Shown here in pieces: positions 1 through 12,084 of a DNA stretch of 64,000 nt. Position 1 is the first letter of the stretch; each line of letters opens with the position of its first letter. A program made the position numbers and the translations under genes. Source of the DNA: Plasmodiophora brassicae. Taxonomy: Eukaryota. The DNA lies in assembly GCA_036867785.1 (NCBI GenBank), contig CP145410.1, forward strand, positions 682,001 to 746,000. Direction: 5' to 3'. The notes below the pieces were generated by a model. That model did not search any database, was not told where the DNA came from, and worked only from the letters and a program-made list of their open reading frames with translations.

Positions 1-613
1 ATGTCGCGTATCTCTCTAGCACCTGTCGCATTAAGGGCCGCTTGGCGCGTTGGCACGCGGCGATAAACGTGCAGAAGAGAGCATCGCAGACATGACATCC
101 GCGTTTCACAGCGGCGTCCAACACATCTGGCGCCTTGCCTGGCAGGTGCCGCTTACAGAACGACATCATGACTTGGTAGAATCTTACATCTGCAGCCATC
201 CCCGTATCGACGACCTGCCGAAACACAGCCCAACCACGATTGCCGTCGCTCTCCACCTTCAACGTCCGAACGGCATGTGGAACAGATCGACAAAGACACG
301 TGCCCCCTTCCACAGTGTCGCTCCCGTCGACAGCAGCCCCTACAGCAGGCGCGCTGGTTGCTGTAGATCGCCCCCACCGTGACGCGGTTTGCCCTCGCCA
401 AATCGTCTGTCGAAGAATGAATCGAACTCGACCAAGCATCATCGCCCAGCTATAGCAGGGGTGCTGCAGACCGAACTGATGTGCCGCCGCACGGAGTTGC
501 CTCAGTCGTCAGTCAGTCATCAGTCATCACTCGCAGTCATCGATTGAAAGTTGCCATTGAAATACGATGCGGTTTACTGATTTTCGCAACCTGCAGCTGG
601 CTGCGTGATGCGG

Positions 614-1036
614 TCAGACACAATGGGGTTGACGGTCGGCCAGGACTCGACAGGACGACGGCGGCGGGCAGTCGTAGCCGAAGACCCAGTTGCCGAACGC
701 GTCGCATGCGTAGATGGTGCTGGCGTTGTTTGCGGGCGATTCGCCGCATCGATACTGCCCGGGTTTGCAGCCCTTGCCCGGCGGGACGCAGTGTGGGACG
801 TTGTCGGACAGGACGCGGCAGACGTGCGGTCCGCCTGGTGCCGACGCGCAGTCTTCCTGCGGGACCCATTCGCCCCATGCCGTGCACGCGTAGATCGTGT
901 CCGGCCTGGTGCCATTCCCTGTCACTCCGCACTGGTAATGCCCGGGTTCACATGCCCCGGTCTGGACAGCCGTTGACACCGCCACGTGGACGATGGCCGA
1001 CATCGCAACGTACACGACGACACTTCTCGCGTTCAT
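614..1036 (-). CDS. Small secreted cysteine-rich protein with two tandem 6-Cys repeats (effector candidate)
   Basis: ATG at 1036 gives MNARSVVVYVAMSAIVHVAVS, a signal-peptide-like start. Two repeats of CxPGxYxCG...TIYAC..xGxW...DC...CRVLxDxxPHCV follow; 140 aa, no intron. Confidence 0.75.
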   Translation of the reverse strand: MNARSVVVYVAMSAIVHVAVSTAVQTGACEPGHYQCGVTGNGTRPDTIYACTAWGEWVPQEDCASAPGGPHVCRVLSDNVPHCVPPGKGCKPGQYRCGESPANNASTIYACDAFGNWVFGYDCPPPSSCRVLADRQPHCV

Positions 1037-1291
1037 GCTGAACACGCTGTCTGTTCCGCGTCGTTTCAGTTCGAATTCTGGAAGTGGCACCCAGTAGCAG
1101 TGTGCGTCGTGGTCCACTGACGCGCGCCCAGTGACGGCTGCAACTTGAGGGTGCGTTGCACGACTTGCACCCACAGGGTGCGCTGTGGTCCTACAGCTGC
1201 AGAGCTGCAGCATCACGCGGAGCGACGGTCCTGCCCTGATGAACGTTCGTTTATTCACCAGGCGTGTTAGGGAGTCCGGTTAATTACTGCT

Positions 1292-1750
1292 CTACGGTCG
1301 ACGTATGTACGAGGTGCCTTGGACAGGGGAGCTGGCCAGGACACTGCGGCCTGGGTCAGGCGCCGGATCATCCTGGACCGGATCGTCGAGAATGGCGTCG
1401 ATGTGATATCCAGTGGGCGCGGTGACTTGAAACGTCTGCCCAGTCTCGGGGATGACCCCTATGGCTGTGGAACCCGCTGAGACGGACCCCATCGACACGA
1501 CGCCAGGCGCAAACATGGGAATGGCGGCGTACTGGACCGGTTGCATTACTGCAAGCGGTTGCGCAGCGGCCACGCTGGGAAGGCCAAGTACGTTCGTAGT
1601 TGTACCGACGTCGACAGGTGGTGCTGTGGTAGATGGCAAATCGGGCGGCCGTACAGTCGGTGGTCCCGCGTACTTCGTCGGCTGCCCCAGGGCCGATATA
1701 AGGCATACGTTCAGGCAAACCAGAAGCACATTGGCGTTCGGCACACGCAT
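1292..1750 (-). CDS. Small secreted Pro/Thr-rich hypothetical protein
   Basis: 152-aa ORF with a hydrophobic N-terminus (MRVPNANVLLVCLNVCLISALG) followed by low-complexity P/T-rich sequence. Confidence 0.6.
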   Translation of the reverse strand: MRVPNANVLLVCLNVCLISALGQPTKYAGPPTVRPPDLPSTTAPPVDVGTTTNVLGLPSVAAAQPLAVMQPVQYAAIPMFAPGVVSMGSVSAGSTAIGVIPETGQTFQVTAPTGYHIDAILDDPVQDDPAPDPGRSVLASSPVQGTSYIRRP

Positions 1751-1825
1751 TAGTTTCGCGAAATATCAGTGAAGTGTGGTACTGTCTCGTGAATCGAAGT
1801 TCAGGAGGCATGACTCACGGGTGTG

Positions 1826-4289
1826 CTAGGTGTGAATCACGCCGCTCAGGCTGGTCCAGTGGTACCTTTCGTTCGCACGCGCGCAATCGTTTCCAAGCGT
1901 CCATGTGCCCGATTTATGTACTGTCAGCAAGCCTCCCGAATGCGCTGATAACGATATCATGCGCTGCCTGCAGCAGACTTGCCGAATGCATGTCATCTGT
2001 AGCCAGTAGGTCAGTGCCCTGGATATGAGCACCGGCATATGCCAGTGCTTGCCTTGATGGTTCTGCAACTTGTCGTCAACTGCCTCGAGAACGGTGTGCT
2101 CCAAGCAGTCTAGGATCACGTCCTGGTCAGGGACCATGGCGCCTGCCGCCGTCTGATCCTCGACCGCGTCCGATGTGAGCCGCTTCACCTTCGCTCTGTC
2201 TCGGGCAACTGTTCCAGTTTTCCTCAATGGCGATTCGAGGACATCCGTCCGATTTACCCGACCTTCGCTAACGGCTTCTTGCACCAACGGGTCGAGGAAC
2301 AGCACCGTCGACTTATGCACGATATCATCGATCTGGGCGATCTGGCTCTGTAATTTCGCTCGCGCAGCGAACTGTTTCTGTCGATGGCCGGTCTCGGCCG
2401 CTTCCCTTCGTACTCGCGTCAGGTGTGCCCTCTCCATCAGGGCTTGCATCTTCTGCAACTGTTCCTGCGTCACGACGTCGCTTCGTAGCGTGTCGCACGC
2501 CTTCGATAGTATGGCGCCGATCGCGTAGTCCAGCACGAACCGGTTACATTCGTCAGCAGACAGCGTCGACGACGGACCGGTACTGCTCGCCGACTACAGA
2601 GACGTTAAGCTTCCTGGCAGTCGTTAGCAAGATACGTTGGTCACCTGTGGCTCGAGCAGTTCCCGAATAAGGTCGATGGAGTCGCGAATACCACGAAGCA
2701 TGTCGGCCTGGACGGCGCGTCCACGAAGCACGCGTTGCACAAGGCGAGCCGCAGCGTCGCGGTCCTGCTGCTCAGCGCCAACCGCCTTGGCCATGTCGAC
2801 AGGCGTTGTGGGACGCACGATGCCGACTGGCTTGGCGTACAGCTGGGTCGTCGGGATTGCGCTCCATGTCGACCCTGGTGCTGGACCCAGCTTGGCGCTC
2901 TTCAGGATCGCGTCGATTTTATCGATGTCTGCAACGATCGCCTGCCCCTGCCGGGTCTTCGTCAGCTCCGTTTGTATCTGGGGTGGCATTGGGTCAGTTG
3001 GGCCAGATTCCAGACGCCACTGCAGGCTGACCTTCTTGGGTTTCTTGACGGTCATGTTGAGGGCGTTGGGTGGGATCGCCATCTCGAGAGCAACGATGGC
3101 TTCGTAGGTCCGGGTCATGGCAGCGACCTGCTTGCGAACAACAGCATCCGTGTTGGGCCGGGCGATCTTCCCGTTGCGCTCGAGCGGGGCGTACACCGGC
3201 GACCCGAAGTCGCTGTAGTCGTTGACGATGTCGCGAGCGCCCTTGTTGAGCATTTCCAGGGGCAGGTTGACCCGTTCCCGGTTGATCTTCCGCATGGCAT
3301 TGTACCGCTTCTTCTGTATCTTGTCGAGGACCGTCGCCCGTGCCGCCGCGTTCTTGGCGGCGATCGCCTCCAGTCGCTTCCGGGCGATCGCGTCGCGTTG
3401 CGCCTCCCGATCCTGAATCGCCTGGACCAGGGCGGCGTGCTTCAGCTTCTCGACGGCAATGATCTGACTCTCCCGGTACAGGCACTCCTTCATCTCTCGC
3501 TCCTGCAAGAGCTTCGTCCGCCGCTGGAAATCCTCGTCCGTCGTCATCGGCGGCAGACTATCCTCGAAGGCGCGACGCGCCTGCTGCCTTTCAATCTGTT
3601 CAATCTCGCGTAACGAGATCTTGGTCGGGTGCTCTGGGACCCATTCCTTCAGGAGCAGGATGTCGGGCGGGTTGTTGCCATCGGCAATGACGTAATCGGA
3701 CGAGTATGGCATCGTCTGGCTGCTCTCATCCCTGTAGATCGACTGTGTGCCGACGGTGCGCTTCAGAGGTGCGGCATCGGGTGCGGGCGCCTCGGCACCG
3801 GCGTCTGCCTGGTGCGGCGACAGGATCACCTCGACGGGCACGGCCTGCATGTACGGCACCAGTGGACGATTGAAGAACATGTACCGGTCCTTGCCTGGCA
3901 ACGCTGTCAGACGGAAGCAGACGCGTCGGACGATCAATGCGAACCGGTAATGTCAACCGGCGCATCGTGCCGGGTTCGCAGAGCATCGCCGACGTTCACA
4001 GTTGGGATGGTGGCTCGCGCCTGCATCCGGTAGCCGAACGATGGGAACGTGCCGATCTCGGAGAACAGGTTGTTGAAGTCGGGGACGCGGACGATGTTGC
4101 TCATCTGGGCCCATGGCGGGTGAGCACCTCTGTGCATGCGCTGGGTACCTCGTGTGATACCATGGATCTCCTCAGGGTTTTCTGCTGGTCCACAACCGAC
4201 GACGCTGTGTAGATCGGGTCGTAGACGTGGTCGAAGGGTCGCGAGGCGGTGACAACGCGCGCCGGGCGCGACATGGCGATCTTCACCAT
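1826..4289 (-). CDS. CFAP91: Cilia/flagella-associated protein 91 (MAATS1/PaaSYMP family), multi-exon
   Basis: Family motifs RPFDHVYDPIYT, GKDRYMFFNRP, TVGTQSIYRDESSQTMPYSSDY and IERQQARRAFEDSLPP, plus an IQ-like AARLVQRVLRGRAVQ. GT-AG introns join ORFs 4101-4289, 3934-4326, 2624-3937 and 1826-2536. The 3' end is approximate. Confidence 0.8.
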
Positions 4290-4452
4290 GATGGGGTCGG
4301 CGGCGTCCCGACGACGATTCCCACACAGTCTACCAGTGGATTGGTACTCGAACGATCGCTGCAGTACGTAGGCCTAGGTAGACCGAGGCCCCGGGGACGC
4401 CCAGATGACGGACGACCAGCAACGCCAGTGTTGTGTCTGTGTATTGACCTGC

Positions 4453-5456
4453 TCAAATGCCAACGGCACTGGAGACGATGTTGACGCCAGTCTGTAAGGC
4501 GGCTGTGTAGTGGACGAGCGCCTTGGCCACCTCCTTCGTGGTCCGAATGCGCTCCTTGTTGCACTTTTCGAGTTCGACCTTGAGGGCCAGCAGCCGGTCG
4601 ATCGTCCTGTCGTGTAGGTGCTCGGCCTCGTTGCGGCGCAGACGCGCCTCGGCGGCGATCTCGTTATCAATCTCGCGGAACTTCTGCTCGATGGCGAACC
4701 GCTGCGACGTGAAACGGGCCAGCGCGTCCTGCTTGTTGTCGCGAATCGACACCAGCAGTTGGCGTTCGCGATCGGCGCGAACCGTCTGCTCATTGGCGAA
4801 CCGTGTCTTGAACTCTTGCAGTTGTTTCGTCAGCGCAATCGAACGCTCCTCGATCTGCTTAGGGAACGCTTTGCGATCCTCTTCCACCTAACATGTTGTT
4901 GGGCGTTATGCACTGTTGTTCTATAACGATTCCACGATTCGGACCTTCTTGTCGATGACGTCAATTTTCTCGTCGACGCGTTTGATGCTTTCTTCGATGG
5001 CGGTGAACTTCTCCCAGATCGGAGCCTCCATTGTCGCCATTAGCTTGGCGAGCGCCTCGTTAAACATCTACATCGGTCGGTGCGCTGAATCTCTCTCCCT
5101 AATTGGGACGAACAAGAATGTGTCGGAACCTACCGCTTCCATTGCAATGGCAGTTTCTTTGCGCCTTCTGGACTCATTGCTGAGGGAGACTTCGATCTCG
5201 CCAATATTCTTCACCAGCACCTGGATGCGGTGGTCGTTGTCGTCCTTGCGGACGGTCTTCTTGCTGATCAGTGCCGTCTCGAACCCGTCGAACGACTGCG
5301 CCAGGGCGGCGAACTCTTTCCGTAGTTCCGTCTCAAGGCTCACATCTACCGATGCACAGCAGCAGCATCTCGTCAGACCGACTGCACCCTGGACACGCCC
5401 GCAACACCACAACCGATTGATGGGACTTGGACCACGTCGGCGCCTTCATTGCCCAT
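4453..5456 (-). CDS. SF-assemblin / beta-giardin family striated-fibre protein, multi-exon
   Basis: Coiled-coil protein with LSNESRRRKE and the family-typical C-terminus EVAKALVHYTAALQTGVNIVSS. Start MGNEGADVVQVPSI at 5456, followed by an intron. Confidence 0.75.
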
Positions 5457-5613
5457 GACGCCGTCGCTACGATGGTGTTGCTTGTGGCGATTTAGCGTAA
5501 GGCCCTCCGATCGATCCCAGATGTACGGTGCATCGAGTATTATTTTACAGGAAGGCAGCCTGAATCGTTATGTATTCTGACAGCCGTGTCGGGGAAGTAC
5601 ACGGAAGTCACAA

Positions 5614-8600
5614 TTATGCAGAGAGCAACGTGGAGCATTGGCGAAGCAGGTCCTCATCCGACAGTTCATCAACGGGGATCGATGCAAATTGCTTCGTAAG
5701 TGAATCGTCCTTGGACCGTTGCTCACTATCGAAGCGTTCCAGCTCTTCAGCCTTCAGTCGCGCTTCTTCAATGACCTAACACGCTCATCATGGGTGATGG
5801 GTCAGAAACAACATGAACAAATACAAATCGTACCGAGCTTGGGAACTGTGCGATCTCAGCAACGTGTATACCAAACGAACGGTCACATGGGCCATCTTTA
5901 ACCTCGTACAACATGGTGATGGAGTTGGTGGATGCGTGCGCCGTGACGTGGCGATTAACGACAGCAGGGCACGAGTTAGCCAATTCGGTAAGCTCGTGAA
6001 AGTGTGTCGCAAATAAGCCCAGACATTCGACGCGCTTCGCGACATAATCTGATATAGCCCATGCCAGTCCAAACCCATCGTACGTTGACGTACCTATGCA
6101 GTAAGCCAGGTCAGCATAAGAACAACTTGCGGGGCGACAATCGAACATCACCTCTTCCCAGCTCATCAATGATGATTAGGCTATTCGACGTCGCTGTGCG
6201 AATCATTGTCGACGCTTCGAGCATTTCAGCATAGAAGGTCGAGATCCCCTTATGCTGCGCGTCACCGGCACCGACACGCGCGAGAACGCTATCGCACAGC
6301 GCGATCGTCGCGGAATCACAGGGAACGTACGATCCCATTTGAGCCATTAAAACAGTCAAGGCAATCTGGCGAAGGTAGGTGGACTTGCCACCCATATTGG
6401 GCCCGGTGATGATCTGGAAACGACGGTTGCCGTCGAGTTCTACATCGTTTGGGATGTACGACTCGACATGCGGTTGCATCTCGAGACATGGATGACGGGA
6501 ACGCACCAACGAAATGCGTCGATCACCAAGCGGCAACAGTTCAGGTCTGCAATATGGAATGGGAGCGAGATCCGCAACCGTTGCAAATGAGGACAGCACG
6601 TCGAGGCGAGACAGAATTCTGTTAAATTGGTCTATCACAGGGCAGTACGATCCTACGACGTGATGCGATAAATGAAATATAACACGCGTCGAAGATGTTT
6701 CGGCCGTACCGACGACGCTTATGAGCTTCTTGGCAATTTCAGACTGAAGCTCGGAGTAGACCGACGACACGGTGGCATACTCACGGTTGAGAGCGCGCAT
6801 ACGAGTCGTAACAAATCGGACACCATCCTTGCGCGTCTCCACGACCTGATACTGGGACTTCCCACGCAGAAGCTTCTCGTCTTTTCGGGACACCCGAAGG
6901 TGAAAGCCGATGCCTACGACATCGTCAGAGAGGCGGATATGTGGAGCCGCAGCCGACAGTATTTACCAACCGTCTTTGAAATTGGCGACGATCTTTCCTT
7001 TCATACCAAGATGAGAATCGGTTTCAGCCGCAATCTGGTCGATTTCTTTGGTGATAGCATCCTTCGCTTGTTTCGATTCAGTCAGTTCAGGAGTGAACGC
7101 AGCATTGATGAGGAATTCATGACGCTCGACAGCGTCAAGATCGATACTGGGCAACCACGTTACTACTCTACATTAAAACGATGTGAAGACAACGGGTGGC
7201 TTACGACTGTTCGATGAGCGATTCAAACTGAGCCATATTAGCTTTGGCCTGATCAAGCGGTCGAATAAACTTCGTCTGAAGCAGGTCAGCTGCTGCTCCA
7301 GGGATCGCTTTGATGTCTTCCAGAATGGAAAGGCAGATTGGAACCTCAACAACAAACTTGTAGAGCTGAACACCTGGAAAACGAATAAATCATAGAATTC
7401 ATGAAGCTGCCAATGTTGTTACAGTCTTCCAATTTCGCCTTGTTCTGACGGAATTTGGACGACAGTTTGGCTAAATCCGGGGTTCGCTTCAAGAATGTGT
7501 CTCTAGAGAAGATATACAGTCAGTTGCGAGCTTATTGTGACACCCAAAGAAGAACCCACCGCAAACTTGCACACAGCGACTGGTCTCCGAGGAACATCGA
7601 AACCAAATCCAAACGTTCATTGATTAGCGGGACAGATAAAAGAGGTTGCCTGATCCATTGATGCAGCAACCTGAAGGCAAAGATTCAGGCGCCTACCAAG
7701 GCTGGGATCACACAAATTGGACTGTGTACCTTGATCCGGCGTGAGTTTTACACTTGTTGAGAATCCCATACAACGACGATAGCGTGTTCGAATCAGAAAC
7801 GGATGGGAAGACATTGAGAGACCTTGCAGCATTATTGTCGAGCGGCTTCATGAACTGATGCAGCTCCAGTGATGTCAAGGAGCAGCGCCCGTGCACGTGC
7901 TCGTTGGACAGAAGTTTCACATGCCGAATAAGGCTAGCTACTGCTCCGAGCGCGTCCTTTTTGTCCATTTCAGCTACACGAAGAGCAGTCAGAAGTCTGG
8001 TACTGTTAGAAGCAGAGGGCAGACCCAGGTAATGTTCCAACGGTCCTGATAGGAGGCGGCGCAGATCTTGCTCAATAGTGGCCGTCGAAAATGCACTTTT
8101 CGGTTGAACTTCAAACGAGGACGTACGCTGTTCGAGCATCTATTGACAGCAGTCATAAAACGTTCATCGAACCCAACAATCGTTGCCAGACTTTTTCGAC
8201 GCTGGGCTGTATAGCTGCGTTTGTTTCAAGCAGGACTTCTTTCGGAGCGTGTTCACCAATTAGCGATTCAAGAAGCGTCAGATGTCCGTCATCGAGGAAC
8301 TCGCAGACACCGAATTCTTGAACGATGCAGTCGAACGTGGCGACGCATACCTTCATCTGCTGCTGTTTCGTCACGACGCGAACGGACATCACGATCGCAG
8401 AGGCCGGATCGGAACTACTCAAGTCTTGCCCAAGGAATGCGTTAATTCCATCAATGCAGCCTGCGTCAACCTAGAGCACACACCGTGAATCCAACGACTT
8501 GTGACGACCCGCAGCGACGTACCTTTATGCTCGGAAGCCATTCCTGGCCAGATGAAACGTAGAGCTGAACGTCGCGACGCTTGTTATTGACGAGGAACAT

Positions 8601-9016
8601 AAGGAGCTTCTCGAGACGACTTGGAAATATGTTTACGTAGTTCAGGCCTTCTCCGGGCCTCTCGCCTTCGTCAACCTCCATATCATCGCCCTTTGATGCC
8701 ACCGCCATCGTGCGGACGAACGACTTGTTCTGGAAGAACTCTTTTGCAACCATGTCGGCATCGCTACCGAACACGGTATAGATATCATCCTACATTGATC
8801 AAGTCCACGTTAGACCTCCGCGTGCATCGGGCCGATGTCGCCTACGGTTTGACGGAACACGAACAATGTCGTCCTGTCGGACGATGTCAACCCCCGGTAG
8901 AACCGTGAGAACGCCGCACGATCGGCAACCGCTGCCACAGAACCCAGTCATCATTCCGCATGCACTTCATTGGCCGCGTTCGACGCGCGCGTACCCATTT
9001 CGAACGACGTGGCCAT
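5614..9016 (-). CDS. MSH2: DNA mismatch repair protein MutS homolog 2, multi-exon
   Basis: Walker [41 protein letters not shown] and FATHFHELT. The N-terminus reads [22 protein letters not shown]...[19 protein letters not shown]. Stop after LLSA at 5614. Confidence 0.93.
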
Positions 9017-9188
9017 CGCCGGTCACCGTGCAGACGACTGCAGTCCCCCGCGCGTGCAGCAGATTTGTCCGCCGAGCGTCTGCGTGACGTTGCCGGCTTC
9101 AGGCTGGCTGCCGCTGGCCCCGTCCAAAATAACATTGCCGGGCGGGACAGGTGATCAAGTGGCCCGTCGGCCCCAGCTCGAAGGCGGG

Positions 9189-9514
9189 ATGGGGTTGGAG
9201 GCGCGCGTGGCGTATCGGGGCCTGTTGAGAGCAGCGCAAACAGCGTTTGCTGGGGACATGACGATGCTTACGGAGGCGCGGAAAACGATACGATCGGAGT
9301 TCAGGAAGGCGGATGACGATGGGTCATCGGCTGAAGACCGATTGCGGAACGCTGAGGATGCGCGCCAGTATCTATTGAAGAATGTGGTTCAGCTGGCCGC
9401 GAGGGGCGGTGGACGTCACGGTACATTCAGCGAGGGTATTTGTTGTCAATGATGTTTGACGTCGTCTGCATCGCAGCTATCAATTTGCGCCCAGAACACC
9501 TAACAAATTCGTGA
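9189..9514 (+). CDS. LYRM7: LYR-motif protein, complex III assembly factor LYRM7/Mzm1-like (2 exons)
   Basis: Sequence reads AYRGLLRAAQTAFAGDMTMLTEARKTIRSEFR...ARQYLLKNVVQ. Intron 9421-9476; the last exon gives AINLRPEHLTNS*. Confidence 0.8.
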
Positions 9515-9531
9515 ATTTATAACAGTACAAT

Positions 9532-9607
9532 AGCTCTTAACGTTCTCTCTGGTGCGGCTGACAGCAAAGCTCTTAACGTTCTCTCTGGTGCGGCTGACAG
9601 CAAAGCT
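9532..9607. repeat. Perfect 36-bp tandem duplication
   Basis: agctcttaacgttctctctggtgcggctgacagcaa at 9532-9567 and 9568-9603, followed by agct. Confidence 0.95.
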
Positions 9608-10269
9608 GAACCGCGGGCAGCGCTCTGCCGCCGTATCGTGTCAACCGTCAACATCTGCCAAGATAACCATACGGCTTGACCTCTGGCTAACGGTCATTGT
9701 CCCGCTTGGTTCGACCCAGTCTACCGGGACTCGTCCGTGAAAGGGATTCTCAGTAGGCTTGACGTCCTTGCTCTACGGAAGATATCAAAGTACAAAGTCT
9801 CCTAGTAACTCCTTCCAAAGACAGAGCGTCGCCGATCGATGCAATAGGCCTCCACGACACAGAACAAACCAACGAAGCCTCGGTCCCGCTTATCGTGCGA
9901 GGCGCTGACTGGATCCTAGCCAAATAAACGACGACCGATGCAGGACCCGACTAGGCAATGTGAGTCGCCGGCAAGGCGAGCTGAGAACGAGAACGCAGAC
10001 TAGTCGTGATGGGGAAGCATGCGCGTTGCTGGATTGTGCTCGGATGCAAACGGCGTCGCAGTGCCGTCGTCTGGCAGTGCGGCCTTCCATCTGGAATGTT
10101 CAACGAGGGCCGCGGCCGGGCATGATGCCGAGTCTCTATGCTGTGGGTACCCGTCACACAACTTTCTCGAAGGTTCGTTGCGGCCGAATTAAGTGCGAGG
10201 TACCTAGCTGTCCATAAACACTTTGCCCGGTCAACGCCAATGCACGTTTGCAGGTTCGTTCGTGATTGG

Positions 10270-11785
10270 ATGGCAGCCTGGTTTGGGCGTCGGCGTACCT
10301 GTCGTTGGCCTCGTCTGAGGTCGCCCGCGGAAGATGATCTCGCGTCGTTTACGCGATCCGTCCAGGCGGGTTACGGCCTCGTCAAGTCTCTAGTCGACTC
10401 TGGGCAAGAGAACTTGATCAAGCAATACCTACGGTCGGGTGCCTTCCTGAAGGAGGACCTGGGTGACTGGGTCGAGGTTGCGTGTAGCGAGAACGACCTC
10501 CTTGTCGTGAAGGCTCTGGCCGAACTCTACCCGATTCCCTCGAAGCATTTCAACCAAGGGCTCGTTCTCAGCGCACAAGCTGGCAACGACCAAGTCGTGG
10601 AATACCTTCTGAAAAAGACGGCCGCCGACCCGGATGCAACGTTCGAGTCGGATGATGGGTGGACGGTTGGAGACAGCGCCGCCCTTCGGATGGCTGCTCA
10701 TAATGGACATGGTCGGGTCGTCGCTCTTCTCCTGAAATCGGACAGATGCCACCCGAATGCGCTAAACAACGAGGTAGGGTGGCACTGGGTACTGCCAAAC
10801 TGATCTGACAACCGATACGTAGGCTATTCGCAATGCATCCGCCAACGGGCACGTCCACGTCGTTCAGCAATTGCTCGAAGACAGCCGAGTTAATGCAGCA
10901 GACCTAAACAGCGATAGTTTGACCAAAGCCGCCCAAGGTGGGCACGTTGAGGTCGCGAAGTTGCTCCTGCTTCGGTCACGCGTTGACCCAGGTGCACTTC
11001 GATGCACACCGCTGCGGTCGGCCTGCAAGTGCAACAACCCCAATTCTCGATTACCATTGGTTGACCTCCTGCTGACACACCTGAAAAGGTACGCGCAACC
11101 TTTCATTTGTGCTTCCCATGCCACATTGATAACAGTGGCTGTGGACAGCTATGACGTGAACGACTTGCCGATTTGCGAGGCGGCCGCGTGCCATGATCAC
11201 CGAGTTCTGCAACGTCTACTCGACTTCGCACCTGTTGATCCTCCCCAGCACTTGAACCGCGCTCTCTTGTCATCAGCGTCCGCTGGTGACTGGTCGGCCA
11301 TTAAGGTCCTGCTTCAAGACAAACGCGTTGCTGACGGCGCTCGCCGTCCCTTGGCGTTACGCGTTGCATGCCAGAACGGCCATTTCCGATGCATTCGTCT
11401 CCTGGCACAGCACGAATCGATCACCCCTGAGCTGCTCCACGATATCGCCTTGTCAACCCTCCAAGCAGCACACAGCCACAGAACGTTCGCTGAACTATGC
11501 TGGCTGTACTCGGAAGCAACGGGCCGCCCCAGGCCGGCGATCAACACGAGCGTCCTTGCTGCCCGTTCCCTGAAAATGTACTGGAAGGTCTTCAAGAACA
11601 TGCAAACCCAGAGGGAATCCGCTATCCGTACCGTTCTGCTCGCCGACCGAGCCTTGAAGGGCATCCCTCGCGACATCGTCGACCAGATCGTGATCTTCGC
11701 GTGTGGCGCCCGACTTGGTGGCCTGTCAACTAGCGCCGTACACGACATCCGCAAGATCAGATCCTACCGAACCGTAGCACTTTAA
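10270..11785 (+). CDS. Ankyrin-repeat protein (2 exons)
   Basis: Repeated ANK-like units ALRMAAHNGHGRVVALLL, SLTKAAQGGHVEVAKLLL and ALRVACQNGHFRCIRLLA. Intron near 10773-10822. Confidence 0.85.
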
Positions 11786-11927
11786 TCAGAACACACCCAT
11801 TGTAACCAGATCGTGATCTTCGCGTGTGGCGCCCGACTTGGTGGCCTGTCAACTAGCGCCGTACACGACATCCGCAAGATCAGATCCTACCGAACCGTAG
11901 CACTTTAATCGGAACACACCCATTGTA
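11682..11927. repeat. 123-bp tandem duplication of the ankyrin gene 3' end
   Basis: 11682-11804 and 11805-11927 are identical except for one a/g difference; the unit includes the stop codon. Confidence 0.95.
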
Positions 11928-12084
11928 TTAGTAAATGTAAAACATGGCAGTGATGCGTGCTGTCTTCTTCCAGGTCTGTTCAGGTACTTGCTGCCGGGTT
12001 CTGCGCGGATTCGCGAACGCACTGTGCGGATTGCGTGCGCTGATTCGGCCGCATCGTCAGGCTGCGCGCGGCTGCACGGTCGTC

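Noticed and set aside
50-455. Short ORFs at the window start
   Set aside because: They could be the tail of an upstream gene, but there is no recognisable domain or clear structure.
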